Origin: an uncultured Bacilli bacterium
GTDB taxonomy: Bacteria > Bacillota_I > Bacilli_A > RF39 > UBA660
NCBI GenBank assembly: GCA_947623685.1
Contig: CANQHF010000003.1
Location: 7,321 to 71,320 of the forward strand
DNA length: 64,000 nucleotides
Direction of reading: 5' to 3'
The position numbers and the translations under genes were made by a program. Shown here one piece after another: positions 26,748 through 36,072 of the stretch (the stretch's first letter is position 1; every line of letters begins with the position of its first letter). Below the pieces are notes generated by a model. It worked only from the letters and a program-made list of their open reading frames with translations. It did not search any database and was not told where the DNA came from.

Positions 26748-28859
26748 ATGTTTGCTAAGAAAAACTTTAAAACAATAATTATATTATTATCTATATTAAT
26801 GTTAAACTTTTTAGAATTATTGAAATATAAATTATTAAATATAGATTTTAGTATAGTGATTTTTTTGATAAAGAATATTATAATTTTAACTTTATTTTTT
26901 ATTAATAACTTTAAACTTAAAAATTATAAATTTGAGAATAATGTTATAAATATTATATTGTTAATAGTAAGTTTTCTGTCAATGCTATTTACTTCGTTTA
27001 ATGCTATTGGTGTTTTATTGTTATACATGTTTTTATTACTTATATCATTTACTTTTTCATTTAAGTATAATTATAAATTTGAAATATCTATGGTTACCTC
27101 AACCACGTTATTAATATTATTTTTCGTTATAATTGGTGTATTAGGTATATTAAAATATTCTTACTTATTTTTAATACTTCTAACATTTTTATGTATGTAT
27201 TATATTTTTAAAAATAAAAATGCTTTAAAAGAAAAGTATGACAATATAAATAAAAAATCTGTAATAATATTTTCAATATTATTTTTAATAGCAATTTTAG
27301 GTGGTGTGGGTAGATATGTTCATAAGTGGGATGAATATTCTTATTGGGCTTATGCTGCTAAAGTTACAATTGATACTAGCTCTATAAAAGCTTTGGTCTC
27401 TTATACAGGTAGCATGAATACTTATCCACCTGTTTCCTCAATATGGCATTATTTATTTAGTTTATTTTGTGGTTATTCTGAGCCTAATTTATATATAGGA
27501 CTTACTTTACTAGATTTTATCTATGTTATGCCAATATTTATTAATTTAAAAAAGAGTAAAATTTTTAATATAATATTTTGTATAGCGGTAGTTGTATTTC
27601 CTTATTTATTTAATGGTTCTATCTCTTATGGATTGCTATATGTTGATTTGTTGTTGGGATTTATGTGTTCTAGTGCTTTAATTGTCTGGGATTATCTTAA
27701 ATCCAAAAACAAAACGTTATTACCTGTATATTTTATCCTTATAGCAATAACCTTACTTAAACCAAATGGTTTTGTGTTCTCCTGTTGTATATTATTTTTA
27801 TTCTTTTTAAAAGATCTTTTTGAGAAGAAAATCAATATAAAGATATTATGGAAGAAAATAAAAAAATATGTAATTCCTGTCCTTTTTATAATTTTAATTT
27901 ATGTTAGTTGGAGAGTAATTTCTAATATTTTACAAGATAGTAAATTAAGTTATCTATTTAAATTAATTCCAGAATCTTTAAGTACAAATTTAAATCAAAA
28001 ACTAAATGCTACGTTTATATTAAATTATTTTAATAGTTTAGTTAGATCTATAGATGAAACAATTATATATAGTTTTATAAACATTCCACTGTTTGCATTT
28101 ATTATTATCACTTTTTCTTTAATTTTTATTATTGATAAAGAAGAAAAAAAATATGATGTGTTCAAAAGTTTGATTCCGTATACCATATTTTACATAACGT
28201 TTTTTGCTCTTACAGCATTATCTTTATTTGTAATGTTTACTTATTATGAAGCTTCTAATTTGGCATCATTTTCAAGGTATTTGGCACCAATAAATATAGC
28301 ATTAGTATTGTTTATCTACTATAAATTAAGTTATGTTTTTAAAACTAATTATAAAGTTAATTTATTCTTTTTAATCATAATAATGTTAGTAGGCTTTTCA
28401 AATACAACTTATTTTATAACTGACATAAAGCCAAGAAGGGAAACACAACATATTAGTGAAAACAGGAATAATATATTTTCCATTGTAAATGATAACACAA
28501 GTAAAGATTCAAAAGTTTTTATTATAAATCAAAAAGATGATGATAGTATAATGCCTCTTTGGTATGCAAGATATTATTGTTACCCTAGAATAGTAAATGC
28601 TTCATCTAGTGCAATAACATGGAAAATAAAAGTAAAATCAAATGAGTGGGATTTAAAGGATTGGGGTTTGACTCCGAAAACATTTGATAAACATATTGTT
28701 AAGTATGATTTCGATTATGTTTTTATGTATACCGCTACAGAAGAATTATATGATGCGCTGAAAGATGATTTTTACAACGTTAATAATCCAGAAAAATATA
28801 AACTATTTAAGGTTAAGAAAATAAATAATGATGATATATTATTAATGCCAGTAAAATGA
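26748..28859 (+). CDS. large polytopic membrane protein, GT-C-like (candidate extracytoplasmic glycosyltransferase or polymerase)
   Basis: About 700 aa with many TM helices, an acidic loop motif KWDEYSYW and a C-terminal soluble domain. Confidence 0.45.
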   Translation: MFAKKNFKTIIILLSILMLNFLELLKYKLLNIDFSIVIFLIKNIIILTLFFINNFKLKNYKFENNVINIILLIVSFLSMLFTSFNAIGVLLLYMFLLLISFTFSFKYNYKFEISMVTSTTLLILFFVIIGVLGILKYSYLFLILLTFLCMYYIFKNKNALKEKYDNINKKSVIIFSILFLIAILGGVGRYVHKWDEYSYWAYAAKVTIDTSSIKALVSYTGSMNTYPPVSSIWHYLFSLFCGYSEPNLYIGLTLLDFIYVMPIFINLKKSKIFNIIFCIAVVVFPYLFNGSISYGLLYVDLLLGFMCSSALIVWDYLKSKNKTLLPVYFILIAITLLKPNGFVFSCCILFLFFLKDLFEKKINIKILWKKIKKYVIPVLFIILIYVSWRVISNILQDSKLSYLFKLIPESLSTNLNQKLNATFILNYFNSLVRSIDETIIYSFINIPLFAFIIITFSLIFIIDKEEKKYDVFKSLIPYTIFYITFFALTALSLFVMFTYYEASNLASFSRYLAPINIALVLFIYYKLSYVFKTNYKVNLFFLIIIMLVGFSNTTYFITDIKPRRETQHISENRNNIFSIVNDNTSKDSKVFIINQKDDDSIMPLWYARYYCYPRIVNASSSAITWKIKVKSNEWDLKDWGLTPKTFDKHIVKYDFDYVFMYTATEELYDALKDDFYNVNNPEKYKLFKVKKINNDDILLMPVK

Positions 28860-28863
28860 GAGG

Positions 28864-30396
28864 ATGATAAATATGAAAAATAGATTTTTAAAGATATTGC
28901 CGCTAATAATATTAATATTATCTGAAATATTTTTATACTTTCAAATGATGTTTGAAAAGCCTGAACTAACGATAAAATATAAAATTGTTTATCTAATTTT
29001 ATGCATTTTATCTAATTTAGCAGTAGTATTTATATATAAAATAATGAAAAAGGGAAAATTAAAAATAGAAAATATATTTTTAACAATAACTATATTATTT
29101 GGTGGGCTTTATCTTATATTTATACCCGCTCTTTTGGGTACTGATGAATTGCCTCATTTTTTAAGACCATACCAAATTTCAGTAGGAGATGTATTTGTAA
29201 AAAATCCTGAAAAAAACGAAACATTAATACCTGAGTTTTTGGCTAATTTTGTTGGTGAGAGTACTATGTCAAAAAGATATACTAAGGACTATATGTTTAA
29301 AAGTGTGGATTATACAAAAACAACTAATTTATGGAATGGTAATGTAACTTCAATAAGATATTCACCAATACCATATATTCCTCAAATTATAGGTTTTTTA
29401 GGAGCGCGAGTATTAAAATTAAGCCCGTTGTTTACAATATATTTTGTTAGATTGGTTAATTTTATATCATGGGTTATATTAGGTTATTTTGCTATTAAAT
29501 TATTACCAAGTAAAAAGATTTTTGCACTTATTTTATATACTTCTCCTGCGGTGCTTTCAATAGTAAGTACTTGTAGCTATGATACTTTTGCTTGGGGATT
29601 ATTTTTCTTCATAATCGCATATGTATTAAATTTAATTAGGACAAAAAGAAAGTTAAATTGGAAAGACTATTTGTTAATAACCTTAGTTTCACTTGGAATA
29701 TCAGGTTATAAAATCTTCTATGTTTTATATTTGCTTGTGCTATTTTTAATTCCTATTGAATGTTTTAACGGGAATAAAAGAAGAAAAGCTCTTTCATTAT
29801 CACTTATTTTTGCATTATCATTATTTATAGACTTTTCATGGTACGCTGCCACTTCGATAAGTAGTACCATTGGTAGTACGCTAGTAAAAGATCAAATGCT
29901 ATTTGTATTAACGCATCCTTTTAATTATTTGTTAATAATTATCAATACATATATTGATAATGTTATATATTATATAACAAATTTTGTTGCTGGTTCAGAA
30001 ATGTGTTATGGTTTGGTAAGGATTAATCAATTGTTCATATTATTATATATGTTTGTTTTAATAGTATCATATTTTGATGGTGCTGACAAAAACGATATAT
30101 CAATTTATGGGAAGTGGCTTATTATAATTGTTACTACTCTTATTTTTATATTTGTTTCAACAACCTTGTATTTAGATTGGACAAGTCAGAGAATTGGTAT
30201 TGGGGCTACGAAAATAGTAGGTGTACAATCAAGGTATTTTTTGCCATTCATAATACCAATAATTTCAATATTACCAACAACTAAAAAAAGTATAAAGGGT
30301 ATGAATAATTTGATTAAATTGTCCGTAATTCTTAATTCAATAATGCTCATAGATTGTATTAAGTCATTACTTATTGCTATTTATCCAACAGTATAA
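28864..30396 (+). CDS. DUF2142-like polytopic membrane protein (GT-C-like)
   Basis: 510 aa and multi-TM. An early loop motif GTDELPHFLRPYQIS is typical of DUF2142. Confidence 0.6.
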   Translation: MINMKNRFLKILPLIILILSEIFLYFQMMFEKPELTIKYKIVYLILCILSNLAVVFIYKIMKKGKLKIENIFLTITILFGGLYLIFIPALLGTDELPHFLRPYQISVGDVFVKNPEKNETLIPEFLANFVGESTMSKRYTKDYMFKSVDYTKTTNLWNGNVTSIRYSPIPYIPQIIGFLGARVLKLSPLFTIYFVRLVNFISWVILGYFAIKLLPSKKIFALILYTSPAVLSIVSTCSYDTFAWGLFFFIIAYVLNLIRTKRKLNWKDYLLITLVSLGISGYKIFYVLYLLVLFLIPIECFNGNKRRKALSLSLIFALSLFIDFSWYAATSISSTIGSTLVKDQMLFVLTHPFNYLLIIINTYIDNVIYYITNFVAGSEMCYGLVRINQLFILLYMFVLIVSYFDGADKNDISIYGKWLIIIVTTLIFIFVSTTLYLDWTSQRIGIGATKIVGVQSRYFLPFIIPIISILPTTKKSIKGMNNLIKLSVILNSIMLIDCIKSLLIAIYPTV

Positions 30397-30408
30397 TTAT
30401 ATTTTATT

Positions 30409-30436
30409 AAAGCTTCTTGTAAAGAAGCTTTTTTTA
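30409..30436 (+). terminator. terminator after the DUF2142 gene
   Basis: AAGCTTCTT-GTA-AAGAAGCTT hairpin followed by a T-run. Confidence 0.7.
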
Positions 30437-30460
30437 TTGTATAATTTTATTGGTGATAGT

Positions 30461-31189
30461 ATGACAAAAAAAGACAAAATATTATTTGTAATTCCAGCTT
30501 ATAATGAAGCTGAAAATATAGAAAAGGTTTTAAAAGAAATAAAAAAAGACGTTGATTATGCCGATATTTTAGTTATAAATGACTGTTCTAAAGATAATAC
30601 AAAGGAAATCGTTGAAGCAAATAACGTTAAATGTATTAGTAACATATTTAATATGAAATATGCTATGGCAGTGCAAACTGGAATTAAATATGCTGCTGAT
30701 AATGACTACGATTATGTAATACAGTTTGATGCAGACGGGCAGCACATAGCAAAAGAAGCTGAGAAATTATACCAACATGCTAAGAAAAATAATTGTGACA
30801 TTGTAATAGGCTCTAGGTATTTAAAAGATTTGGGTTATCCATGCCCTTTCTTTAGAAAGATTGGAACAAAAATGTTTTCCTTTTTGGTAAAACTATTTTG
30901 TAAAAAGAAAATTGCAGATCCGTTGTCAGGATTTCAGTGCCTTAATAAAAGGGTAATAGAAAGATATTCAAAAATGGGAGCTTACCCAGAATTTCCGGAT
31001 GCCAATCTTGTTATAGAGATGCTTCTTAGTGGATATAGCATAGAAGAAGTTCCAGTAAAAATGAGACTTAGGGAAACCGGAGAAAGTATGCATGGAGGAA
31101 TCATTAAACCTATTAAATATATGGTTAATATGTTTTATACGATTTTCTTCGTGTTAATTACGTATAAAAAAAAGAAGGTGAATAAATAA
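30461..31189 (+). CDS. GT2 polyprenyl-phosphate glycosyltransferase (GtrB/ArnC-like)
   Basis: LFVIPAYNEAENI, NDCSKDNT and QFDADGQH motifs. Start trimmed to ATG 30461, because the upstream in-frame extension covers the terminator. Confidence 0.8.
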   Translation: MTKKDKILFVIPAYNEAENIEKVLKEIKKDVDYADILVINDCSKDNTKEIVEANNVKCISNIFNMKYAMAVQTGIKYAADNDYDYVIQFDADGQHIAKEAEKLYQHAKKNNCDIVIGSRYLKDLGYPCPFFRKIGTKMFSFLVKLFCKKKIADPLSGFQCLNKRVIERYSKMGAYPEFPDANLVIEMLLSGYSIEEVPVKMRLRETGESMHGGIIKPIKYMVNMFYTIFFVLITYKKKKVNK

Positions 31190-31527
31190 TGAATAATATA
31201 TATTTTATAATTATATCGGTGTTATGTATAATTTATGTTAGTTTAGAAGTTAGAAAGAAAAAGTTTTCTATAAAAGAAAGCTTTTGGTGGATGATGGCTT
31301 TTATTTTAATGCTTTTTCTATCAATCTTTCCATACTCAATAAATTGGCTTGCTAAAGTTTTTGGAATAGCATATCCTCCTTCTTTACTTTTTGTATTTTG
31401 CATCATATTTTTAGTATTTATTAATTTTAGAAATAGTAAAAAGATAGCTGAGCAACAAGAAAAAATAATTGAGTTGGCACAGCAAGTTACTTTATTAAAA
31501 TCAAAGGTGAAAAATGAAAAAAAATAA
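31189..31527 (+). CDS. DUF2304-like small membrane protein
   Basis: 112 aa, three TM helices plus a C-terminal coiled coil. Typical partner of GtrB-like GT2 and DUF2142 genes. Confidence 0.5.
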   Translation: MNNIYFIIISVLCIIYVSLEVRKKKFSIKESFWWMMAFILMLFLSIFPYSINWLAKVFGIAYPPSLLFVFCIIFLVFINFRNSKKIAEQQEKIIELAQQVTLLKSKVKNEKK

Positions 31528-32647
31528 TGAAACCATAGCCTTTTTTAACGGATTTTATATTCCACATCTAGGAGGCGTTGAAAGATATACAAGCAAAATA
31601 GTAGAGGAACTAAAAAAGCATTATAATATTATAATCATTACTACTAATGATAATAATTATAATGATATTGAAGTAGTTGATAATGTAAAAATTTATCGTC
31701 TTCCAACGTATAAGTTGTTTAAAAATAGATATCCAATTTTAAAGAAAAACAATAAATATAAGAATATTTTAAAGAGTTTAAATAAGGAAAATATTGATTA
31801 TGTAATATGTAATACAAGGTTTTATCAAACAAGTTTGTTAGGCGCTAAAATGGCAAAAAATAAGAAATGCAGATTATATTTTATAGAGCACGCAAGCAAT
31901 CATGTTAGTATTGGTAATAGAATTCTTGATAAAATGGGAGCAGTTTATGAACATTATCTAACTAATAAAATAAAAAAATATAATCCAAAATTTTATGGTG
32001 TATCTAAAAGATGTAATGAGTGGTTAAAACACTTTAATATAAAGGCTAGTGGTGTTTTTTATAACTCAATTGATGATGAAGCTTATAATGAGTATTATCA
32101 TGATACTAATAATAAAAAAATAATAATTAGTTACATAGGTAGGATAATCCCGGAAAAGGGTATAATAAATTTATTAGAGGCTTATAAAGAAGTTAGTAAA
32201 AAATTTAAAAACTTAGAATTAGTGGTAGCAGGAGATGGACCAATTTTAGAATCTTTGAAAAAAGAATATAAATTAAAGTCAATAAGATTTTTAGGAAAAA
32301 TTGATTATGATGAAGTAATGAAGTTATGTGTCAATACTGATATTTTTGTTCATCCTTCAATGTATCCAGAAGGATTACCAACCTCTATATTAGAAGCAGG
32401 AATAATGAAGTGTGCTATAATTGCAACAGATAAAGGTGGTACCAAAGAGGTTATAATTAATGATGATTATGGGTTAATTGTTAGTGAAAATAAAGATGAC
32501 TTGGTAAATAAGTTAACTTATTTACTTAATAATCCAGATATTGTTAAATCAATGAAGAAAAATATTCATAATCGTATTATGAAAGAATTCACATGGAAAC
32601 AAACTGCAAAAAATGTTATTAAGGAGCTGAAAGAAAATGAAAGATAA
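31514..32647 (+). CDS. glycosyltransferase, GT4 family
   Basis: YPEGLPTSILEAGIMKCAIIATDKGGTKEVI (E-x7-E region). Confidence 0.85.
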   Translation: MKKNNETIAFFNGFYIPHLGGVERYTSKIVEELKKHYNIIIITTNDNNYNDIEVVDNVKIYRLPTYKLFKNRYPILKKNNKYKNILKSLNKENIDYVICNTRFYQTSLLGAKMAKNKKCRLYFIEHASNHVSIGNRILDKMGAVYEHYLTNKIKKYNPKFYGVSKRCNEWLKHFNIKASGVFYNSIDDEAYNEYYHDTNNKKIIISYIGRIIPEKGIINLLEAYKEVSKKFKNLELVVAGDGPILESLKKEYKLKSIRFLGKIDYDEVMKLCVNTDIFVHPSMYPEGLPTSILEAGIMKCAIIATDKGGTKEVIINDDYGLIVSENKDDLVNKLTYLLNNPDIVKSMKKNIHNRIMKEFTWKQTAKNVIKELKENER

Positions 32648-33710
32648 TAAAAATATAAACGTATGTATAATCGGAGGTGGAAATATATCTAATACTAGAC
32701 ATATTCCAGCACTAAAAAAATTGAAGAACGTTAATATAGTAGGTGTAATTAGTGATGTTAAGGGTAAATTAGATTCTACCTGTAAGAAAAATAATATAAA
32801 AAATGGACTTTTAGTAAATGATCCAAAAAATGATATAAATAAATTAAAAAAATGTGATTGGTTTAAAAATGTAGATGCTGTTGTTATTGGTACGCCACCA
32901 CATCAACATTATCCTCTTGCAAAAATGGCACTTTTGCTTGATAAGGATGTATTAGTTGAAAAACCTATGACGATGAACGTAAAAGAAGCAGATGAATTAA
33001 TAAATCTTGCTAAAGATAAGAAGCTTATTTTTAACGTTGTACATAATTTTAATTTTACTTCTGGAATGAAGAAAATTAATAAAATAATAGAAGAAAAAAA
33101 ATATGGTAACATTGTTTCAATAACCGAAGTTCAATTCACTAATAGAAATAGAAGATTACCAGATTGGTATAACGAACTTCCTTTAGGCTTATTTTATGAT
33201 GAAGCGGCTCATTTTATATATTTATTAAAAAGACATGGTGGAGATTTAAAAATCGAAAATGTTCATGCGATTTATAACAAGGATAAAAAGGATAAGACGC
33301 CTAGAACTTTAAACGTAGATGCAATAGCTGGCAAAGTACCGGTTCATATGTTCTTGAATTTTAACTCACCAATATGTGAATGGAATTATGTTATTTGTTT
33401 TGAAAATAGAATTATTAATTATGATTTATTTAGGGATATTGTAGTTGATTTGCCAACTGATAAGGAACATTTTAGTTCAGATATTTTAAAGAACGATGTA
33501 TCTAAGACTTTTCAATATTGGAAAGGATTTGTTAAAAATGGTTTTAAGATGATATCAGGTAATTTATTATATGGACACGAAGATATTTTGAAAAAATTTA
33601 TAGATTCAGTTATAACTAGAAAAAGTGATAAGTATATGACTGGTGATATTGGAAAAAGTACTATTGAATCAATGAATGAAATAGTAGATAAGGTTAATAA
33701 AAATGAGTAA
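32637..33710 (+). CDS. Gfo/Idh/MocA family oxidoreductase
   Basis: N-terminal Rossmann motif VCIIGGGNIS; VLVEKPM motif. Confidence 0.8.
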   Translation: MKDNKNINVCIIGGGNISNTRHIPALKKLKNVNIVGVISDVKGKLDSTCKKNNIKNGLLVNDPKNDINKLKKCDWFKNVDAVVIGTPPHQHYPLAKMALLLDKDVLVEKPMTMNVKEADELINLAKDKKLIFNVVHNFNFTSGMKKINKIIEEKKYGNIVSITEVQFTNRNRRLPDWYNELPLGLFYDEAAHFIYLLKRHGGDLKIENVHAIYNKDKKDKTPRTLNVDAIAGKVPVHMFLNFNSPICEWNYVICFENRIINYDLFRDIVVDLPTDKEHFSSDILKNDVSKTFQYWKGFVKNGFKMISGNLLYGHEDILKKFIDSVITRKSDKYMTGDIGKSTIESMNEIVDKVNKNE

Positions 33711-34059
33711 TTGGATTTATTTAGTATTATATGTATTATTATCTGTTAGTGGATCTACCATGCTGAAGTTTGGGTCTTCCGAAAGTGTTAAAACCTTATT
33801 TGTTGTTCCTTTTATAAATATGAATATTTCTCTTTTTACGTTTTTAGGGTTTGTTTTTTATGGTTTAAGTTTTTTATTCTATACGATTTTATTAAGTAAA
33901 TTTGATTTGTCTTTTATTTCTCCCTTAACTGTTGGCTTAGTTTATTTATTATTAATGGTTACCGCTTTCTTGTTTTTTAAAGAAGATATAACTTTATTTA
34001 AGTTAATTGGTTCAACGTTAATTCTTTCTGGAATAATAATGATTATTATGAAAAAGTAA
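33703..34059 (+). CDS. small 4-TM DMT/SMR-like protein (ArnE/F-like flippase subunit candidate)
   Basis: 118 aa with four hydrophobic helices. Located next to the GtrA-like gene. Confidence 0.45.
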   Translation: MSNWIYLVLYVLLSVSGSTMLKFGSSESVKTLFVVPFINMNISLFTFLGFVFYGLSFLFYTILLSKFDLSFISPLTVGLVYLLLMVTAFLFFKEDITLFKLIGSTLILSGIIMIIMKK

Positions 34060-34110
34060 TATGTTCTTAATTTTTGAAAAATTATAGTTTATATAAATTG
34101 GGAAAAGATA

Positions 34111-34536
34111 ATGAAAAAATTGTACAAAAAATATGAAGAAATAATAAATTATTTAGTAGTTGGTGCTTTAACTACGATTGTTGCGGTAGGTTCTAAGTTA
34201 TTACTATTATGGACAATTCTTGATCAAACAAATGGAGTTCAATTGCAAATTGCCGAAATAATATCATGGATTTTAGCGGTTTCTTTTGCTTATGTAACTA
34301 ATAGAATATTTGTATTTAAATCTAAGACAAAGGGAATGAAATGTTTTAGAGAGATAATTAACTTTTTTAAAGGTAGGGTAGCTACTCAGTTAGTTCAAAT
34401 GTTTATTATGTGGTTTTTTGTTACTTTGCTTGGATTAAATACAAATGCCTGGGTATTAGTTTTTACTTTAATATGCCAGTTAATTCAAATAATTTTTAAT
34501 TATTTAATAAGTAAACTTTTGGTTTTTAAAAAATAG
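34111..34536 (+). CDS. GtrA family membrane protein
   Basis: 141 aa, 4 TM, with NYLVVGALTT and NRIFVFK motifs. Confidence 0.8.
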   Translation: MKKLYKKYEEIINYLVVGALTTIVAVGSKLLLLWTILDQTNGVQLQIAEIISWILAVSFAYVTNRIFVFKSKTKGMKCFREIINFFKGRVATQLVQMFIMWFFVTLLGLNTNAWVLVFTLICQLIQIIFNYLISKLLVFKK

Positions 34537-34634
34537 TAAATAAATGATAAATATCATTGGTGACAATTGACACCAATGATATTTTTTGTTATAGTTATAG
34601 TAGCAGTAAAAATATTTATGAAAGGAGTTTTTAT

Positions 34635-35015
34635 GTGCTATCAACTCAAGATGAGACTGCGGTAAAAATTTTTTTAAAAACTAGTAAGGATTTAATAAAA
34701 AGAAAAAAAAGATATATAGTGCCTAGAACTTATGATATAAATGGGAAAAAAGTTAATTATAAACAGGCTATTATTGATATAGGAATTATTAATAAAGAAG
34801 ATATATGGAAATATATATTAGAATTAAATGAAGAAGATTGCTTTGATGTATCATTCGATAGGAATCTAAAAATGGATACAAATTCAGAAATTTTTGAATT
34901 TAAAAAAGTGATTAACGGAAAAGATGTATACATAAAATTAACATATAGGGAAACTAATCAAGGATTAATTGTGTGTTTATCTTTCCATGAGAATAGTAAA
35001 GAAAGGAGAAAATAA
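34635..35015 (+). CDS. MqsR-like type II toxin candidate
   Basis: GTG 34635 behind AAAGGAG (34621-34627). The C-terminal GKDVYIKLTYRETNQGLIVCLSFHE resembles the MqsR C-terminus (VYLKIT...LIVSFKE). The gene lies immediately upstream of an MqsA-type gene. Confidence 0.45.
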   Translation: MLSTQDETAVKIFLKTSKDLIKRKKRYIVPRTYDINGKKVNYKQAIIDIGIINKEDIWKYILELNEEDCFDVSFDRNLKMDTNSEIFEFKKVINGKDVYIKLTYRETNQGLIVCLSFHENSKERRK

Positions 35016-35019
35016 TATT

Positions 35020-35925
35020 ATGGAAAAAGCTTATTGTTATAATTGTGATAAAATGGTTATTCCTAAAAAAATAAAAAGTAAAAATAAATATAAAGTTAAT
35101 GGAGAATACGTTTTGATTGATGAGAATATTTTTAAATGTTCACGTTGTGATAATGAAATTGATGTACCAGAATATGATCAAATACAAAACGTATATGATG
35201 AGTATTTAAAGATGTATGGTTTAACTTTTGATGATTTTAAAAAAATAAGAAATTCATACAATTTATCTCAAGAATCCTTTTCTAAAATATTGGGTTGGTC
35301 CAAAAAGACAATAACAAGATATGAAAATAAAGAATCATTTCCCCAAAAAGAATATTTGGATACATATAAAAAGTTAAAGGATTCAAAAGAAGAAATGGTA
35401 AAAATAATGCTTTATAATAAAAATCGCCTTAAGGATGATTATTATGTTTTATTAAAACAAATGGGACTTTATGAACATATAAAAACTCTTAACTCCTTTT
35501 TATATATGTTAAGTAACAATAGTTTATATAGTACTAGTCTTATGAAAAATATGTTTGCCCTTGATTTTGAACATAATAAAATATTTGATAAACCTCTTAC
35601 TATTTTAAAATATGCAAAAGCGCCTTATGGACCAATAATAGATAATCATAATGAAGTAATTAATTATTTGTTAAATAATGGTTATTTTAAAGTCATAACT
35701 GAAGATGATGAAAAATTTATGTTTGAATCTAATAGTGATTATGATATTAATTTCTTTAATGAAGATGAAATAAGTATAATGAAAAAAGTAAAAGAAAAAT
35801 TGAAAGGTAAAACTCCAAAACAATTATCCGATTGGTCTCATAAGTTTAAAGGTTGGAAATCTACGAGACTTGGTCAAATAATTGATTATAAAAAGTATAA
35901 AGATGATTTTACTTTAGATATTTAA
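35020..35925 (+). CDS. MqsA-like antitoxin (Zn-ribbon + XRE HTH) fused to a DUF4065/Panacea domain
   Basis: CYNCDK...CSRCDN zinc ribbon. HTH is IRNSYNLSQESFSKILGWSKKTITRYENKESFP. The C-terminal YAKAPYGPII block is typical of DUF4065 (SocA/Panacea). ATG 35020 behind AAAGGAG. Confidence 0.7.
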   Translation: MEKAYCYNCDKMVIPKKIKSKNKYKVNGEYVLIDENIFKCSRCDNEIDVPEYDQIQNVYDEYLKMYGLTFDDFKKIRNSYNLSQESFSKILGWSKKTITRYENKESFPQKEYLDTYKKLKDSKEEMVKIMLYNKNRLKDDYYVLLKQMGLYEHIKTLNSFLYMLSNNSLYSTSLMKNMFALDFEHNKIFDKPLTILKYAKAPYGPIIDNHNEVINYLLNNGYFKVITEDDEKFMFESNSDYDINFFNEDEISIMKKVKEKLKGKTPKQLSDWSHKFKGWKSTRLGQIIDYKKYKDDFTLDI

Positions 35926-35964
35926 AAGAATAAACAATAGTTTATTTTTTTTATTAATTATTAT

Positions 35965-35994
35965 TTGACATGTTATAACACTGCGGGTTATAAT
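35965..35994 (+). promoter_or_regulatory. sigmaA-type promoter with embedded palindromes (candidate operator) for the HTH-ImmA gene
   Basis: TTGACA (35965-35970), 17/18-nt spacer, TATAAT. The spacer holds the palindrome GTTATAAC followed 7 nt later by GTTATAAT. Confidence 0.5.
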
Positions 35995-36072
35995 ATGTAT
36001 TGATAATTTAATTAAAATAAAAAGTATAGAATTTTTAAAAATAGGTAATAAACATTATGGGGAGGGATAGTT

